Assembly (NCBI RefSeq): GCF_963921235.1
Contig: NC_086097.1
Coordinates: 219,296,001 to 219,360,000 of the forward strand
Origin: Mobula hypostoma
Lineage: Eukaryota
Length of the DNA: 64,000 bases
Direction: 5' to 3'
The translations under genes were made by a program, and so were the position numbers. Below, one piece after another: positions 25,111 through 36,387 of the stretch (the first letter of the stretch is position 1; every line of letters starts with the position of its first letter). A model generated the notes under the pieces. The model was given only the letters and a program-made list of their open reading frames with translations. It ran no database searches and was not told the origin of the DNA.

Positions 25111-25464
25111 ATGTTGACAACATTTATGCTTGAAATAAGTTGATGGCTCAGTAATTAAAATTGTCCAGAATACGTTCCGTTGCAGGCAGACAGCACATTT
25201 AATTCACCCAGGCAATTTCTAGCTAAAAACTTTTGAAAAAATAAAGCCACAATCACCTCCAGAACAAATTGCATTTCTATAAAATACTTGTAGACACTTT
25301 CCGTGGGGTGGCTGAAGAATTAATCATTTTCAATGAAGGGAGAGTGAATCAGTGAGAGGTTTACAACCTTGTAGCACAATAATCTCTTCACATTTCACTC
25401 TATCCTAGGAGTGCTGAATTTACCAAATAGTTCCTTACCTGGTATCTACCTCAGAGATAACTAA

Positions 25465-26725
25465 CTGAGCTACAGGGAAAGTTTAAATAGTTTAGGACCT
25501 TATTCCCTGGAGCAGAAGAGAATGATTGGAGATTTGACAGAGGTACACAAAATTATGAGGGAAGTAGATAGGGTAAATGAAAATAGGTTGTTTTCCACTG
25601 TTTAGGTAAGACTACAACTAGAGATTGTAAGTTATTTGAATGGAATTGACTTCATTTCTTACATCCTTCACATACATGAGGAGTAAAAATCTTTACGTTA
25701 TGTCTCCATCTAAATGTGCAATGTGCAATCATAGTAATTTATAATAATTTATAATAAATAGAACATTCAATGTAATATAGAGTACACGCAAGACAGCGTG
25801 AGTTCATCAGAAGGCCTGGTGGAATAAGCTGTTCCGGAGCCTGTTGGTTCTGGCTTTTATGCTGTGGTGCCACTTCCCAGATGGTAGCAGCTGGAATAGA
25901 TTGTGGTTGGGATGGCTTGGGTCCCCAGTGATCCTACGGGCCCTTTACACACCCGTCCTTGAAAATGTCCTGAATCATGGGAAGTTCACAACTACAGATG
26001 CGTTGGGCTGTCCGCACCACTCTCTACAGAATCCTGCAATTAAGTGAGGTACGGTTCCCATACCAGGCAGTGATGCAGCCAGTCAGGATGCTCTCAATTG
26101 TGCCCCTGAAGAAAGTTCTTAGGATTTGGGGGCCCACACCAAACTTCCTCAACCATCTGAGGTGAAAGAGACGCTGCTGTGCCTTTTCTCACCGCACAGC
26201 TGGTGTATACAGACCATGTGAGGTCCTCGATGATGTGGATGCTGAGGAACTTGAAGTTAAGAGTGAAACTTGACATGTTTAAGGGGAAGATAAGGTTGAA
26301 CTTCTTCACTCAGAGAGTAGTGAGAGTGTGGAATGCGCTGCCATTGGAAGTGGGTTCGATTTCAGCAATTAAGATTAATTTGGATAAGTGCACAGATGGG
26401 AGGGGTATGAGGGCTCTGGTCAATGGTCTATTGTCTATGGTTGCCACAGGTGGCTGTGGAGGCCAGGTACGTTCTTGATTACTCAGGACGTTTAAGGTTA
26501 CAGGGAGAAGGCAGGAGAATGTGGTCAAGAGGGAAAATGGATCAGCCATGACGAAATGGTGGACGAGATTTGATGGGTCAAATGGCCTCATTCTGTTCCT
26601 ATCTCTTATGGTCGTATGGTCCTACAAAATGGAGTCCAAGTCAATGGGACCAGGCAGAATATCAGTTCAGCATGAACTAGATGGGCCAAAGGGCCTGTTT
26701 CTGTGCTGTAGTACTCAGTGACTAT
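25465..26725 (+). mobile_element. Nested CR1 3' fragments, interrupted by a minus-strand Rex1 3' end (~25640-26255)
   Basis: CR1 motifs (NFFTQRVVRVWNALP) flank a reversed copy of the same Rex1 subfamily as 5722-8073; second CR1 tail at ~26445-26620. Confidence 0.8.
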
Positions 26726-27494
26726 CAGATAAATTGACAATATAGGTTTTTCACGCAATGATTTTCTGAATGAATGCTTTGACTAGAAATCACAAAAAAT
26801 TCACAGCCTGCTGGCTGTAATTAAAATGAACAGATGGTAAATAAAGGCTAATACAATTCTTATTAAATTGGTGCATTCATAATATTCCAGTACTATTTTG
26901 TAATACTTCAAGAGATGATGCTGCAATGAAAATTCAGTTTCTTCTCTTCCTTTGAACAGTAATTAAAGATACAAATTTACAGTTAAAGTACTATTGTGTC
27001 TGCTCTATTACCTTTAATAATCCCACTTTGAAGCAGATAAAAATATTTTGGCTGGAATTCATGTTTTTCTTGTAATTAATAGGTTCATTAGACAGGGTGG
27101 AAAAAAAGTTGGGGCACTAGATTCCGTATTAGCACTTGACAATGAGATCATTTGGCATGCAGATATTGCAGCTCTTTCTTTGGAACTCTTGAATCATGTC
27201 ACTATCAGTTCCATTCAGATTTAAATTTTAATGAAAAGAATGATAATGAACAGAAACAGATATCCAGGAGAAATTTCTAGTCTGCTATTAATTATTGACA
27301 GCTATAACATTGTTTAATTGCATCAAGAGTAGCCTGAATGTAATAGTTTTGATGGTGACATGGTTTAGGTGATTAGGATGTTAGTTACTTACTTACTGCC
27401 CTTTACGCTGCTGTCATTTAGTGCAGCACTGAAGGTCCTCCATCTCTGGAAGTGTTCAGGGCTTAGGGATGTTAACATCACCATTTCTTAATTC

Positions 27495-27740
27495 CATAAG
27501 ATATAGGAGCAGAATTTGGCCATTTGGCCCATTGGCTCTGTTCCACCGTTACATCATGGCTGATCCATTTTCTCTTTCAGCCCCAATCTCCTGCCTTCAC
27601 CCTTTATCCCTTCGTGCCCTGACTGATGAAGAACCTCTCAACCTCTGCCTTAAATATACCCAAATGACTTAGCCTCCACAGCTGTTTATCGCAATGATTT
27701 CCACAGATTCACCACTCTCTGGCTAATGAAATTCTTTTAA
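27495..27740 (-). mobile_element. CR1 3' fragment
   Basis: ccataagatataggagcagaatttggccatt reversed tail; ttccacagattcaccactctctggc. Confidence 0.8.
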
Positions 27741-28644
27741 TCAGTATTTCATTATTCCAGGATCCCTCTATTTACGAAATACTTTTTCTAACTGAACTAT
27801 TCATATTACGTAATTCTTCTAGTTATTTCACTTAAAGGGTTTCAATGCATTCGATTTGGTTTCTATGCAATTTGATTTACATAAATCAAATGAACGTATT
27901 CATGACAAAATACATTTTAAGAAATAACTAAGCTTTCTAAAAGTTAAGAATTAAGACCTGTATCAAAAATTTTCTTCTGTTGACTATCACAAGAACATTG
28001 GAGCTAAATATAGATCAAGGCTGTTACAATATCTTGTAGTTTAAAACAAAGTTCTGAACAAATTTTAAATATGAATAGTAATAAAAATCTGCAGCTTTAT
28101 GAGATTTCTCCTTTTTAGATAATATACAACCAGGGAAAGTAACCGTCAATGCTTCCTACACAATAAATAACAAGAACATAAAGTGCCTTACTGACTATTC
28201 ACTGATATTGGTCTCTTCCAAAAATAACCCCAGCTTCTTTTCAGACCCTTGATGGTCAATGATCAGCAACAGTCTTCATGAACCAATGCTCCTAATTTCC
28301 AGTGAATTGATGCTCACTGCAGATTCAAGTGATTATGAAGCATTATTTACCTGACTCTGGCCTTGTTGAAATAGAAGTATTATCACAGCAATTATGATGA
28401 TTGTGATATTCTTTAAAGAATTGTTGGGATGTATCTCGGCCATTTGAACTGTGTGTACCCTTCATCACACCATGATTTCACATTCAGAAGTGCCTGCCCT
28501 GGAGAACTCAAGTTACATTTGGAATTGCATTATGCAGCTGTAAGACTTCAGGGAATCATCAATAACAATAATATTATTAAAAATTGTTATAGATAAACTG
28601 CCATATATTCATAAAGCAATTGCAGCACCAAATTAATGTTGAAT

Positions 28645-29720
28645 CGATTGAGCACATCTATATGGAGCACTGTCACAGGAAAGCAGCATCCATCGTCAAG
28701 GGCCCCACCATCCAGGCCATGCTCTCTTCTCGCTGCTGCCATCAGGAAGAAGGTACAGGAGCCTCAGGATCCACATCACCAGGTTCGAAGGTTCAAAGGT
28801 ACAATTTAATATCAGAGAAATGTGTACAATATACATCCTGAAATGCTTTTTCTTTGCAACCATCCACAAAAACAGAGGAGTGCCCCAAAGAATGAATGAC
28901 AGTTAAATGTTAGAACCCCAAAGTCCCTTCCCCAGCTCCCCTCCCTCGCGTGCATAAGCGGCAGAGAGCAACAATCCCCCTCCCACACCGTCAAAAATAA
29001 AGCACATCCGCTACCAGCACTCAAGCGTGAGCAAAGCAATAGCAGTTACCCCAAAGACTACATTGTTCACCCAATAACTCAATATGCTGCAGGCTTTCTC
29101 TCTCCTAATAAGGGAGAAAGAGGTGACTCCATTTCCCAATGAGCAGGAAACATAACAAACAACTCGCTAGATTACTATGTTAAAAGTCCATTATGTCACT
29201 TTTTCCAAGATCTGAGCCTGGAGATCGCAAGGATCCCGGGTCCCCAGGCACACAGCAGATATTCCAACTCCCCCAACGATACAAGGGTCTCCTGTGGCGA
29301 CACCGACCCTTGATTCGCCCATCTCCAGTTACTCGAGATCCTAGGCTTCTGAAACCGTGCTGAAATCTTAGGCCGGGACTTTGGCATGCCGAATAGTGGC
29401 TGATTGTGCAACCCCAAGAGCGGATCCCATTCCCGCAAAGAACCGTAGTCAGTGTGTAACTCCAGGTCAAGGTCTTCAAAAGAACCCTGAAAGGGAAAAA
29501 CAGAGATATTAAAGGTGGAAATAGGACTGTTTTTCTAGAAGTAGAACAGTTATTGCCCGTGAACCATCAGGTTCTTGAACCAGAGGGGATTACTTCACTC
29601 AACTACACTCACCCTAACACTGACCTGTTCGCATAAGCTATGGACTCATTTTAAATGACTCTTCATCACATATTCTTGATATTTATTTCTGATTGCTTAT
29701 TATGATTATTATTATTAAAA
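28645..29720 (+). mobile_element. Rex1 3' end interrupted at ~28788-29542 by a minus-strand non-coding retroelement
   Basis: IEHIYMEHCHRKAASIVK; host sequence accaggttc resumes as agaacagttatt at ~29543; insert starts with a ggttcaaa tail and is CpG-rich without a credible ORF. Confidence 0.7.
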
Positions 29721-29767
29721 TAATTTGTTTCCTTAAGGTCCTTATAGCTGGAGGGTGGTAGTGGGGA

Positions 29768-30035
29768 TAAGACCATAAGACGATAAGACATAGGAGCAGA
29801 ATTAAGTCATTTGTCCCATTGAGTCTGCTCCACCATTTCATCATGGCAGATCGAATTTTCCTCTCAGCCCTAGTCTCCTGCCTTCTCCCCATATCTTTTC
29901 ATGCCGTGACCAATCAAGAATCAACTTCTGCCTTAATTATACATAAAAACTTCCCCTCCACAGCAGTCTGTAGTAAAGAATTCCACAGATGCAGCACCCT
30001 CTGGCTAAAGAAATTCCTCCTCATCTCCGTTCTTC
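29768..30035 (-). mobile_element. CR1 3' fragment
   Basis: (taagacca)n reversed tail plus CR1 3' UTR. Confidence 0.8.
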
Positions 30036-30196
30036 CTCAACTATTTCATTGTCCCCCCATTACTACCTTCCATGATCTATAAACTGCTGCCAATGGGTAT
30101 GTCTCAAATAGCCTCCGACAACCAAGTCCAGCTCCTGGCTTCATGTGTGGCTTAGCTAGTAGGCCCGGAAACAGAATCAGGTTTATTATCACCAGC

Positions 30197-31838
30197 ATAG
30201 AAACATAGAAACATAGAAAATAGGTGCAGGAGTAGGCCATTCGGCCCTTCGAGCCTGCACCGCCATTTATTATGATCATGGCTGATCATCCAACTCAGAA
30301 CCCCGCCCCAGCCTTCCCTCCATACCCCCTGACCCCCGTAGCCACAAGGGCCATATCTAACTCCCTCTTAAATATAGCCAATGAACTGGCCTCAACTGTT
30401 TCCTGTGGCAGAGAATTCCACAGATTCGCCACTCTCTGTGTGAAGAAGTTTTTCCTAATCTCGGTCCTAAAAGGCTTCCCCCTTATCCTCAAACTGTGGC
30501 CCCTCGTTCTGGACTTCCCCAACATCGGGAACAATCTTCCTGCATCTAGCCTGTCCAATCCCTTTAGGATTTTATACGTTTCAATCAGATCCCCCCTCAA
30601 TCTTCTAAAGTCCAACGAGTACAAGCCCAGTTCATCCAGTCTTTCTTCATATGAAAGTCCTGCCATCCCAGGAATCAATCTGGTGAACCTTCTTTGTACT
30701 CCCTCTATGGCAAAGATGTCTTTCCTCAGATTAGGGGACCAAAACTGCACACAATACTCCAGGTGTGGTCTCACCAAGGCCTTGTACAACTGCAGTAGTA
30801 CCTCCCTGCTCCTGTACTCGAATCCTCTCGCTATAAATGCCAGCATACCATTCGCCTTTTTCACCGCCTGCTGTACCTGCATGCCCACTTTCAATGACTG
30901 GTGTATAATGACACCCAGGTCTCGTTGCACCTCCCCTTTTCCTAATCGGCCACCATTCAGATAATAATCTGTTTTCCTATTTTTGCCACCAAAGTGGATA
31001 ACTTCACATTTATCCACATTAAATTGCATCTGCCATGAATTTGCCCACTCACCCAACCTATCCAAGTCACCCTGCATCCTCTTAGCATCCTCCTCACTGC
31101 TAACACTGCCACCCAGCTTCGTGTCATCCGCAAACTTGGAGATGCTGCATTTAATTCCCTCATCCAAGTCATTAATATATATTGTAAACAACTGGGGTCC
31201 CAGCACTGAGCCTTGCGGTACCCCACGAGTCACCGCCTGCCATTCTGAAAAGGTCCCGTTTATTCCCACTCTTTGCTTCCTGTCTGCTAACCAATTCTCC
31301 ACCCACACCAATACCTTACCCCCAATACCGTGTGCTTTAAGTTTGCACACTAATCTCCTGTGTGGGACCTTGTCAAAAGCCTTTTGAAAATCCAAATATA
31401 CCACATCCACTGGTTCTCCCCTATCCACTCTACTAGTTACATCCTCAAAAAATTCTATGAGATTCATCAGACATGATTTTCCTTTCACAAATCCATGCTG
31501 ACTTTGTCCGATCATTTCACCACTTTCCAAATGTGCTGTTATCACATCCTTGATAACTGACTCCAGCAGTTTCCCCACCACCGACGTTAGGCTAACCGGT
31601 CTATAATTCCCCGGTTTCTCTCTCCCTCCTTTTTTAAAAAGTGGGGTTACATTAGCCACCCTCCAATCCTCAGGAACTAGGCCATAATCTAACGAGTTTT
31701 GAAAAATTATCACTAATGCATCCACTATTTCTTGGGCTACTTCCTTAAGCACTCTAGGATGCAGACCATCTGGCCCTGGGGATTTATCTGCCTTCAATCC
31801 CTTCAATTTACCTAATACCACTTCCCTACTAACATGTA
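30197..31838 (-). mobile_element. Young 5'-truncated CR1 LINE inserted into a Rex1 tail
   Basis: (atagaaac)n reversed tail at 30197-30220; uninterrupted RT ORF; host Rex1 tail reads continuously gtttattatcaccagcat|gtgtcacgaaattt across the insertion, with agcat at both junctions. Confidence 0.95.
30295..31835 (-). CDS. CR1 ORF2 reverse transcriptase and C-terminal domain: open, but lacking the endonuclease and native start
   Basis: ~510 aa without a stop: KSPGPDGLHPRVLK, NYRPVSLTS, YLDFQKAFDKVPH, GVPQGSVLGP, SKFADDTK, LVRPHLEYCVQFWSP. Confidence 0.9.
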
Positions 31839-33260
31839 TATAGCATGTGTCACGAAATTTGTTAACCGAGCAGCAGCAGTTCAATGTAATGCATAATATA
31901 GAAGAAGAAAAAGAAAATAAATAAATAAATAGATTCCTGTATATGTATTTTGAATAGATTAAAAATCATGCAAAGACAGAAATAATATATATTAAAAAAG
32001 TGAAGTAGTGTTCAAGGGTTTAATGTCCATTTAGGAATGGGATGGCAGAAGGGAAGAAGCTGTTCCTGAATCGCTGAGTGTGTGCCTTCAGGCTTCTGTA
32101 CCTCCTTCCTGATGGTAACAGTGAGAAAAGGGCATGCCCTGGATGCTGGATGTCCTTAATGATGGACACTGACTTTCTGCGACACCACTCCTTGAAGATA
32201 TCCTGGGTACTTCATAGGCTAGTACCCAAGATGTAGCTGACTAAATTTACAACCCTCTGCAGCTTCTTTCAGTCCTGTGCAGTAGGGCAGTCCTGTGTTG
32301 AGTTGAATGCAGACTGGCTATTGCTGTGATGCTGCCAGTGCCAAACTGTATCTATTCCTTTGAATTCATCAGCTGCATGGAGAAGGGTAGCCTGCCACAT
32401 GGGCCACAGCTTTCTCCCCAGAAAATACTGCCCTGGCTCGAGTACTCATGTATCACATAAACAGCTGGGACTCAATATGTATGGGTGACCCCAACCAACA
32501 GACGACCTAAAGAATTATTATTATTTCTTTTCTTTCTGAAAGAAGAAAAACAGAGTGTTGTCTTTTACATATTGATTGTTTGTTCCATCCTGTTGGGGGC
32601 AGTCTTTCATTGATTCTATTGTGTTTCTTGTATTTACTGTGAACACGTTCAAGAAACTGAATCTCTGGGTTGTATATGGTGACATATATGTACTTTGATA
32701 ATGAATTTAGAATCAGCATCAGAAACAGGTTCAATATCACCCACATATGTTGTGAAATTTGTTTTTGCAGTGGCAGTATACTGCAATACATTGTCATAAA
32801 AACTAAATCACAATAAGAAGTGTATAAAAAATAAATTAAATATTGCCAAAAAAGGGTAAAATCTGAGGAAGTGCTCATGCGTTCATTGTCCTTTCAGAAA
32901 TCTAATGGCAGAGGGGAAGGAGCTGCTGCTGAAATGTGGAGTGTGTGTCTTCAGGCTCCTGTACCTCCTCATTGATGGCAGCAGTGAGAAGAGGGCATGT
33001 CCTGGGTGATGGGAGTCCTTACAATGCTTTTAGAGGCATTGCACTTTGAAGGTCTCCTGGATGCTGTGGAGGCTAGTGCCCATGATGCAGTTGCCTGAGT
33101 TGACAACTTCCTGCAGCTTTTTCTGATCGTGAGCAGTGACTCTCCATGGTATATCTGCAGAAAGTTGTAAGTGGCTTTGGTGACATACCAGTCCTCCTCA
33201 AACTCCTAATGAAACATAGCTGCAGTCAAGACGTCTTTGAAATTGTGACTTGCTTTGAAC
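31839..33260 (-). mobile_element. Stacked Rex1/Babar 3' ends (31839-32285 and ~32710-33250) with intervening repeat fragments
   Basis: Reversed gaagaagctgttcctgaa...cttcaggcttctgtacctcc...gatgg motif occurs twice; plus-strand tail at ~32510-32705. Confidence 0.75.
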
Positions 33261-33824
33261 TTTAAAATAATACAGAAGTTACAATCCAGTTAATGAGCGC
33301 ATTAAATAAAAAGACAGTCAAATTAAATTCATATGTATATTTTGCATATCTTTTAAATAAGCAGTAGTTTTCTCAGTAAATGAATAGTTGTTATTTGCTG
33401 GTTTCCAGATGTTATGGATGTCTTCCAATGAAGCCTCCCAAATACTAGGGCCAAGTCAAAATTCAAACTAAACGTAGTAGCAGAAGTTCTCTTTCATGTA
33501 CCCTTAAAATCCTTTGCAAAGTGATTTTACCAGAAGGAATATGCATCATGATGTTGTAACGCACAGTACTCCAATGGAGTTGTGCAGCTGCATGTTATTA
33601 TCACCACTAAATATTTCTCAGCGTGTCTGTAGTATTCTTCATCTTGCAGAATATAAGAGCAATGATGGGAACAAATTGCCAAAAGTGGTTTCTAAACATT
33701 TCAACACGTTAATCACTTTTAAAGATGTTGTGAAAATTTCCAGGAAAACACTAGGGGAATGTGGAGTCAATAAAGCAAGGGCCTTCTATGCTCATAAATA
33801 ATACAGGTTTACAATGTGCAAATC

Positions 33825-36386
33825 AAATCTTTAGAAGGACAGTATATTGGATCAGAAGATGTTGAATCTTTGAGGGCAGAGTTAAGAAATTGCAAGGGTA
33901 AGAAGATCCTGATGGGTGTTATTTACAGGCATCTGAAAAGTAGGCAGGATGTGGCCCACAAATTGCAGCGGGAGATTGAAAAAGCCTGTCAGAAGGTAAT
34001 GTTATGTTGGTCATGTGGATTTCAATATGCAGATAGATTGGGAAAATCAAATTGATGATGGATCCCAAGAGAGAGCAATTGTACCATGCATCTGAGATGG
34101 CTTTTTGAAGCAGCTTGTGATTGACCCCACAAGGGAATCAGCAATTCTGGAATGGGTGTTGTGTAAGGAACTGGACATGATTTGGGAGCTTAAGGTAGTG
34201 GAACCATTAGGAAACACTGATCTTAATATAATAGAATTCACCTTGCAATTTGCGAGGCAGAAGCTAAAGTCGAATGTATTGATACTACATTGGAGTAAAA
34301 GGAATTACAGAGGCATGAGAGAGGAGCTGGACAAAATTGACTGGATGAGAACACTAGCAGGGATGGCATCAGAGCAGCAGTTGCTGTAGTTTCTGGAAGT
34401 GTATGGTCATGCACTTTGGTAGAAGAAATAAAAGTTTTGACTGTTTTCTAAACGGGGAGAAAATTCAAAAACCCGAGGTACAAAAGGGTTTGGGAGTCCT
34501 CGAGCGGGCTGCCCTAAAGGTTAATTTGCAGGTTCAATCAGTGGTGAAGAAGGCAAATGCAATGTTAGCATTCATTTCAACAGGACTGGAATATAAAAGC
34601 GAGCTATGCCAAGTAGTGGAATGGCGCCACAGCAACAACCTGGCACTCAATGTCAGTAAGACGAAAGAGCTGATTGAGGACTTCAGGAAGGATAAACCGA
34701 AGAAACGCATACCAATCTTCATAGAGGGATCAGAAGTGGAGAGAGTGAGCAGCTTCAAGTTACTGGATGCCAAGATCTCTGAGGATCTAACCTGGTCCCA
34801 ACATATCGATGTAGTTATAAAGAAGGCAAGACAGTGGCTATCCCTCATTAGGAGTTTGAAGAGATTTGACATGTTAACAACTGCTCAAAAACTTCTATAG
34901 TTGTGCCGTGGAGAACGTTCTGACAGGCTGCATCACTGTCTGGTATAGAGGGGCTACTGTACAGAACTGAAAGAAGCTGCAGAGGGTTGTAAATCTAGTC
35001 AGCTCCATCCTGGGTACTAGCCTCCGAAGTACCCAGGACATCTTCAGGGAGTGGTGTCTCAGAAAGGCAGCGTCCATTATTAAGGACCTCCAGCATGCCC
35101 TTTTCTCACTGTTACCATCAGGTAGGAAGTACAGAAGCCTGAAGGCACACACTGAGTGATTCAGGAACAGCTTCTTACCCTCTGCTATCTGATTCCTAAG
35201 TGGATATTGAACAGTTGGAAGCTACCTTTACTTTTTTTAATCTACAGTATTTCTGGTTTTTGCTCAATTTTTAATATATGCAATATACATATACTGTAAT
35301 TGATTTACTTATTTATTATTATTATTATTTTATTCATTATTTTTTTCTCTTCTCTGCTAGGTTATGTATTGTATTGAACTGCTGCTGCTAAGTTAACAAA
35401 TTTCACGTCCCATGCCGGTGATAATAAACCGGATTCTGAAGATGTAATACTGAAGTTGTATAAGGTACTGATGAGGCCTCACTTGGAGTACTGAGAGCGG
35501 TTTTGGGCCCCTTACTTAAGAAAGAATTTGCTGATATTGGAGAAGGTTCAGAAGAGGTTCACAAGAATGATTCCAGGAATGAAAGAATTATCATATGAGC
35601 AGCGATTGAAGGCTATGGACCTGTATTCGCCGGAATGAAGGGGGATCTCATTGAAATCTACCTGGTCTGCATTTAATATTTAAGTAATATTTGAGTAATC
35701 TTGTCAATATGTTGTTGATTAAGCATTCTTCTTCTTTTTAAATAAATCATTACATGTTATATGTATAAACATGTGACTACATACATCACCATGCCTCCAC
35801 CTGATACGTGAGCATCTCACAAAGTAAACACGAACTTGGGCATGCATTTTGGACTCCCATGTCTTCATTTGAATTAGTTTAATGTTTTGAAGTTACAAAA
35901 TGTAACACTATCAACCGTTAAAAGGCCTAGATAGAGTGGATGTGAAGAGGAGGTTTCCTTTAGTGGGGGAGGGGGTCTAGAAATAAAGGGCACAAATTCA
36001 AAATGGAGGGACGTCCTCCAGATAGAACAGAGATGAGGAGGAATTTCTGTAGCGAGAAGGCAGTGGATCTGTGGTACTGGTTATCACAGGCAGCTGTGGA
36101 GGCCAAGTCTCTGGGTGTATTCAAAACAGAGGTTGATAGGTTCTTGATTAGTCAGTGCATGCAAGATTAGACCATGAGACCGTAAGATATAGGAGCAGAA
36201 TTAAACTATTTGGCCCATCGAGGCTGCTCTGCCATTTCATCATGGCTGATTCAATTTTCCTCTCAGCATGAAGGGATACAGGGAGAAGGCAGGGGACTGA
36301 GGCTGAGAGGAAAATTGGATCAGCCATGATGAAATGGCAGAGCATCCTCGATGGACCAAATAGTTTAATTCTGCTCCTATATCTTA
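33825..36386 (+). mobile_element. Fragmented CR1 (endonuclease part joined to C-terminal part), hosting a Rex1 3' end (~34600-35438) and a solo LTR
   Basis: ESLRAELRNCKGKKILMGVIYR, PTRESAILEWVL, KKANAMLAFISTGLEYKS; Rex1 motif LALNVSKTKELI begins directly after EYKS and CR1 resumes as aagatgtaatactg at ~35439. Confidence 0.8.
35663..35907. mobile_element. Short solo LTR (245 bp)
   Basis: TG...CA ends, 5-bp TSD ctacc/ctatc (35658-35662/35908-35912); homologous to 21958-22864 in opposite orientation. Confidence 0.75.
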
Positions 36387-36387
36387 T

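Noticed and set aside
30272..31387. 230-aa and 134-aa plus-strand ORFs (and similar antisense ORFs such as 634-1128, 20964-21401 and 59213-59494)
   Set aside because: They are antisense shadows of CR1 ORF2 with no independent coding evidence.
31836..31884. N-terminus MNCCCSVNKFRDTCYI of the 529-aa ORF
   Set aside because: Contributed by the flanking Rex1 tail read through the CR1 truncation point; not a real start or fusion gene.
32345..32372. CTGATGA on the minus strand within a repeat fragment at ~32290-32505
   Set aside because: No GAAA or cleavage triplet in hammerhead spacing and no stem I; not called as a ribozyme.
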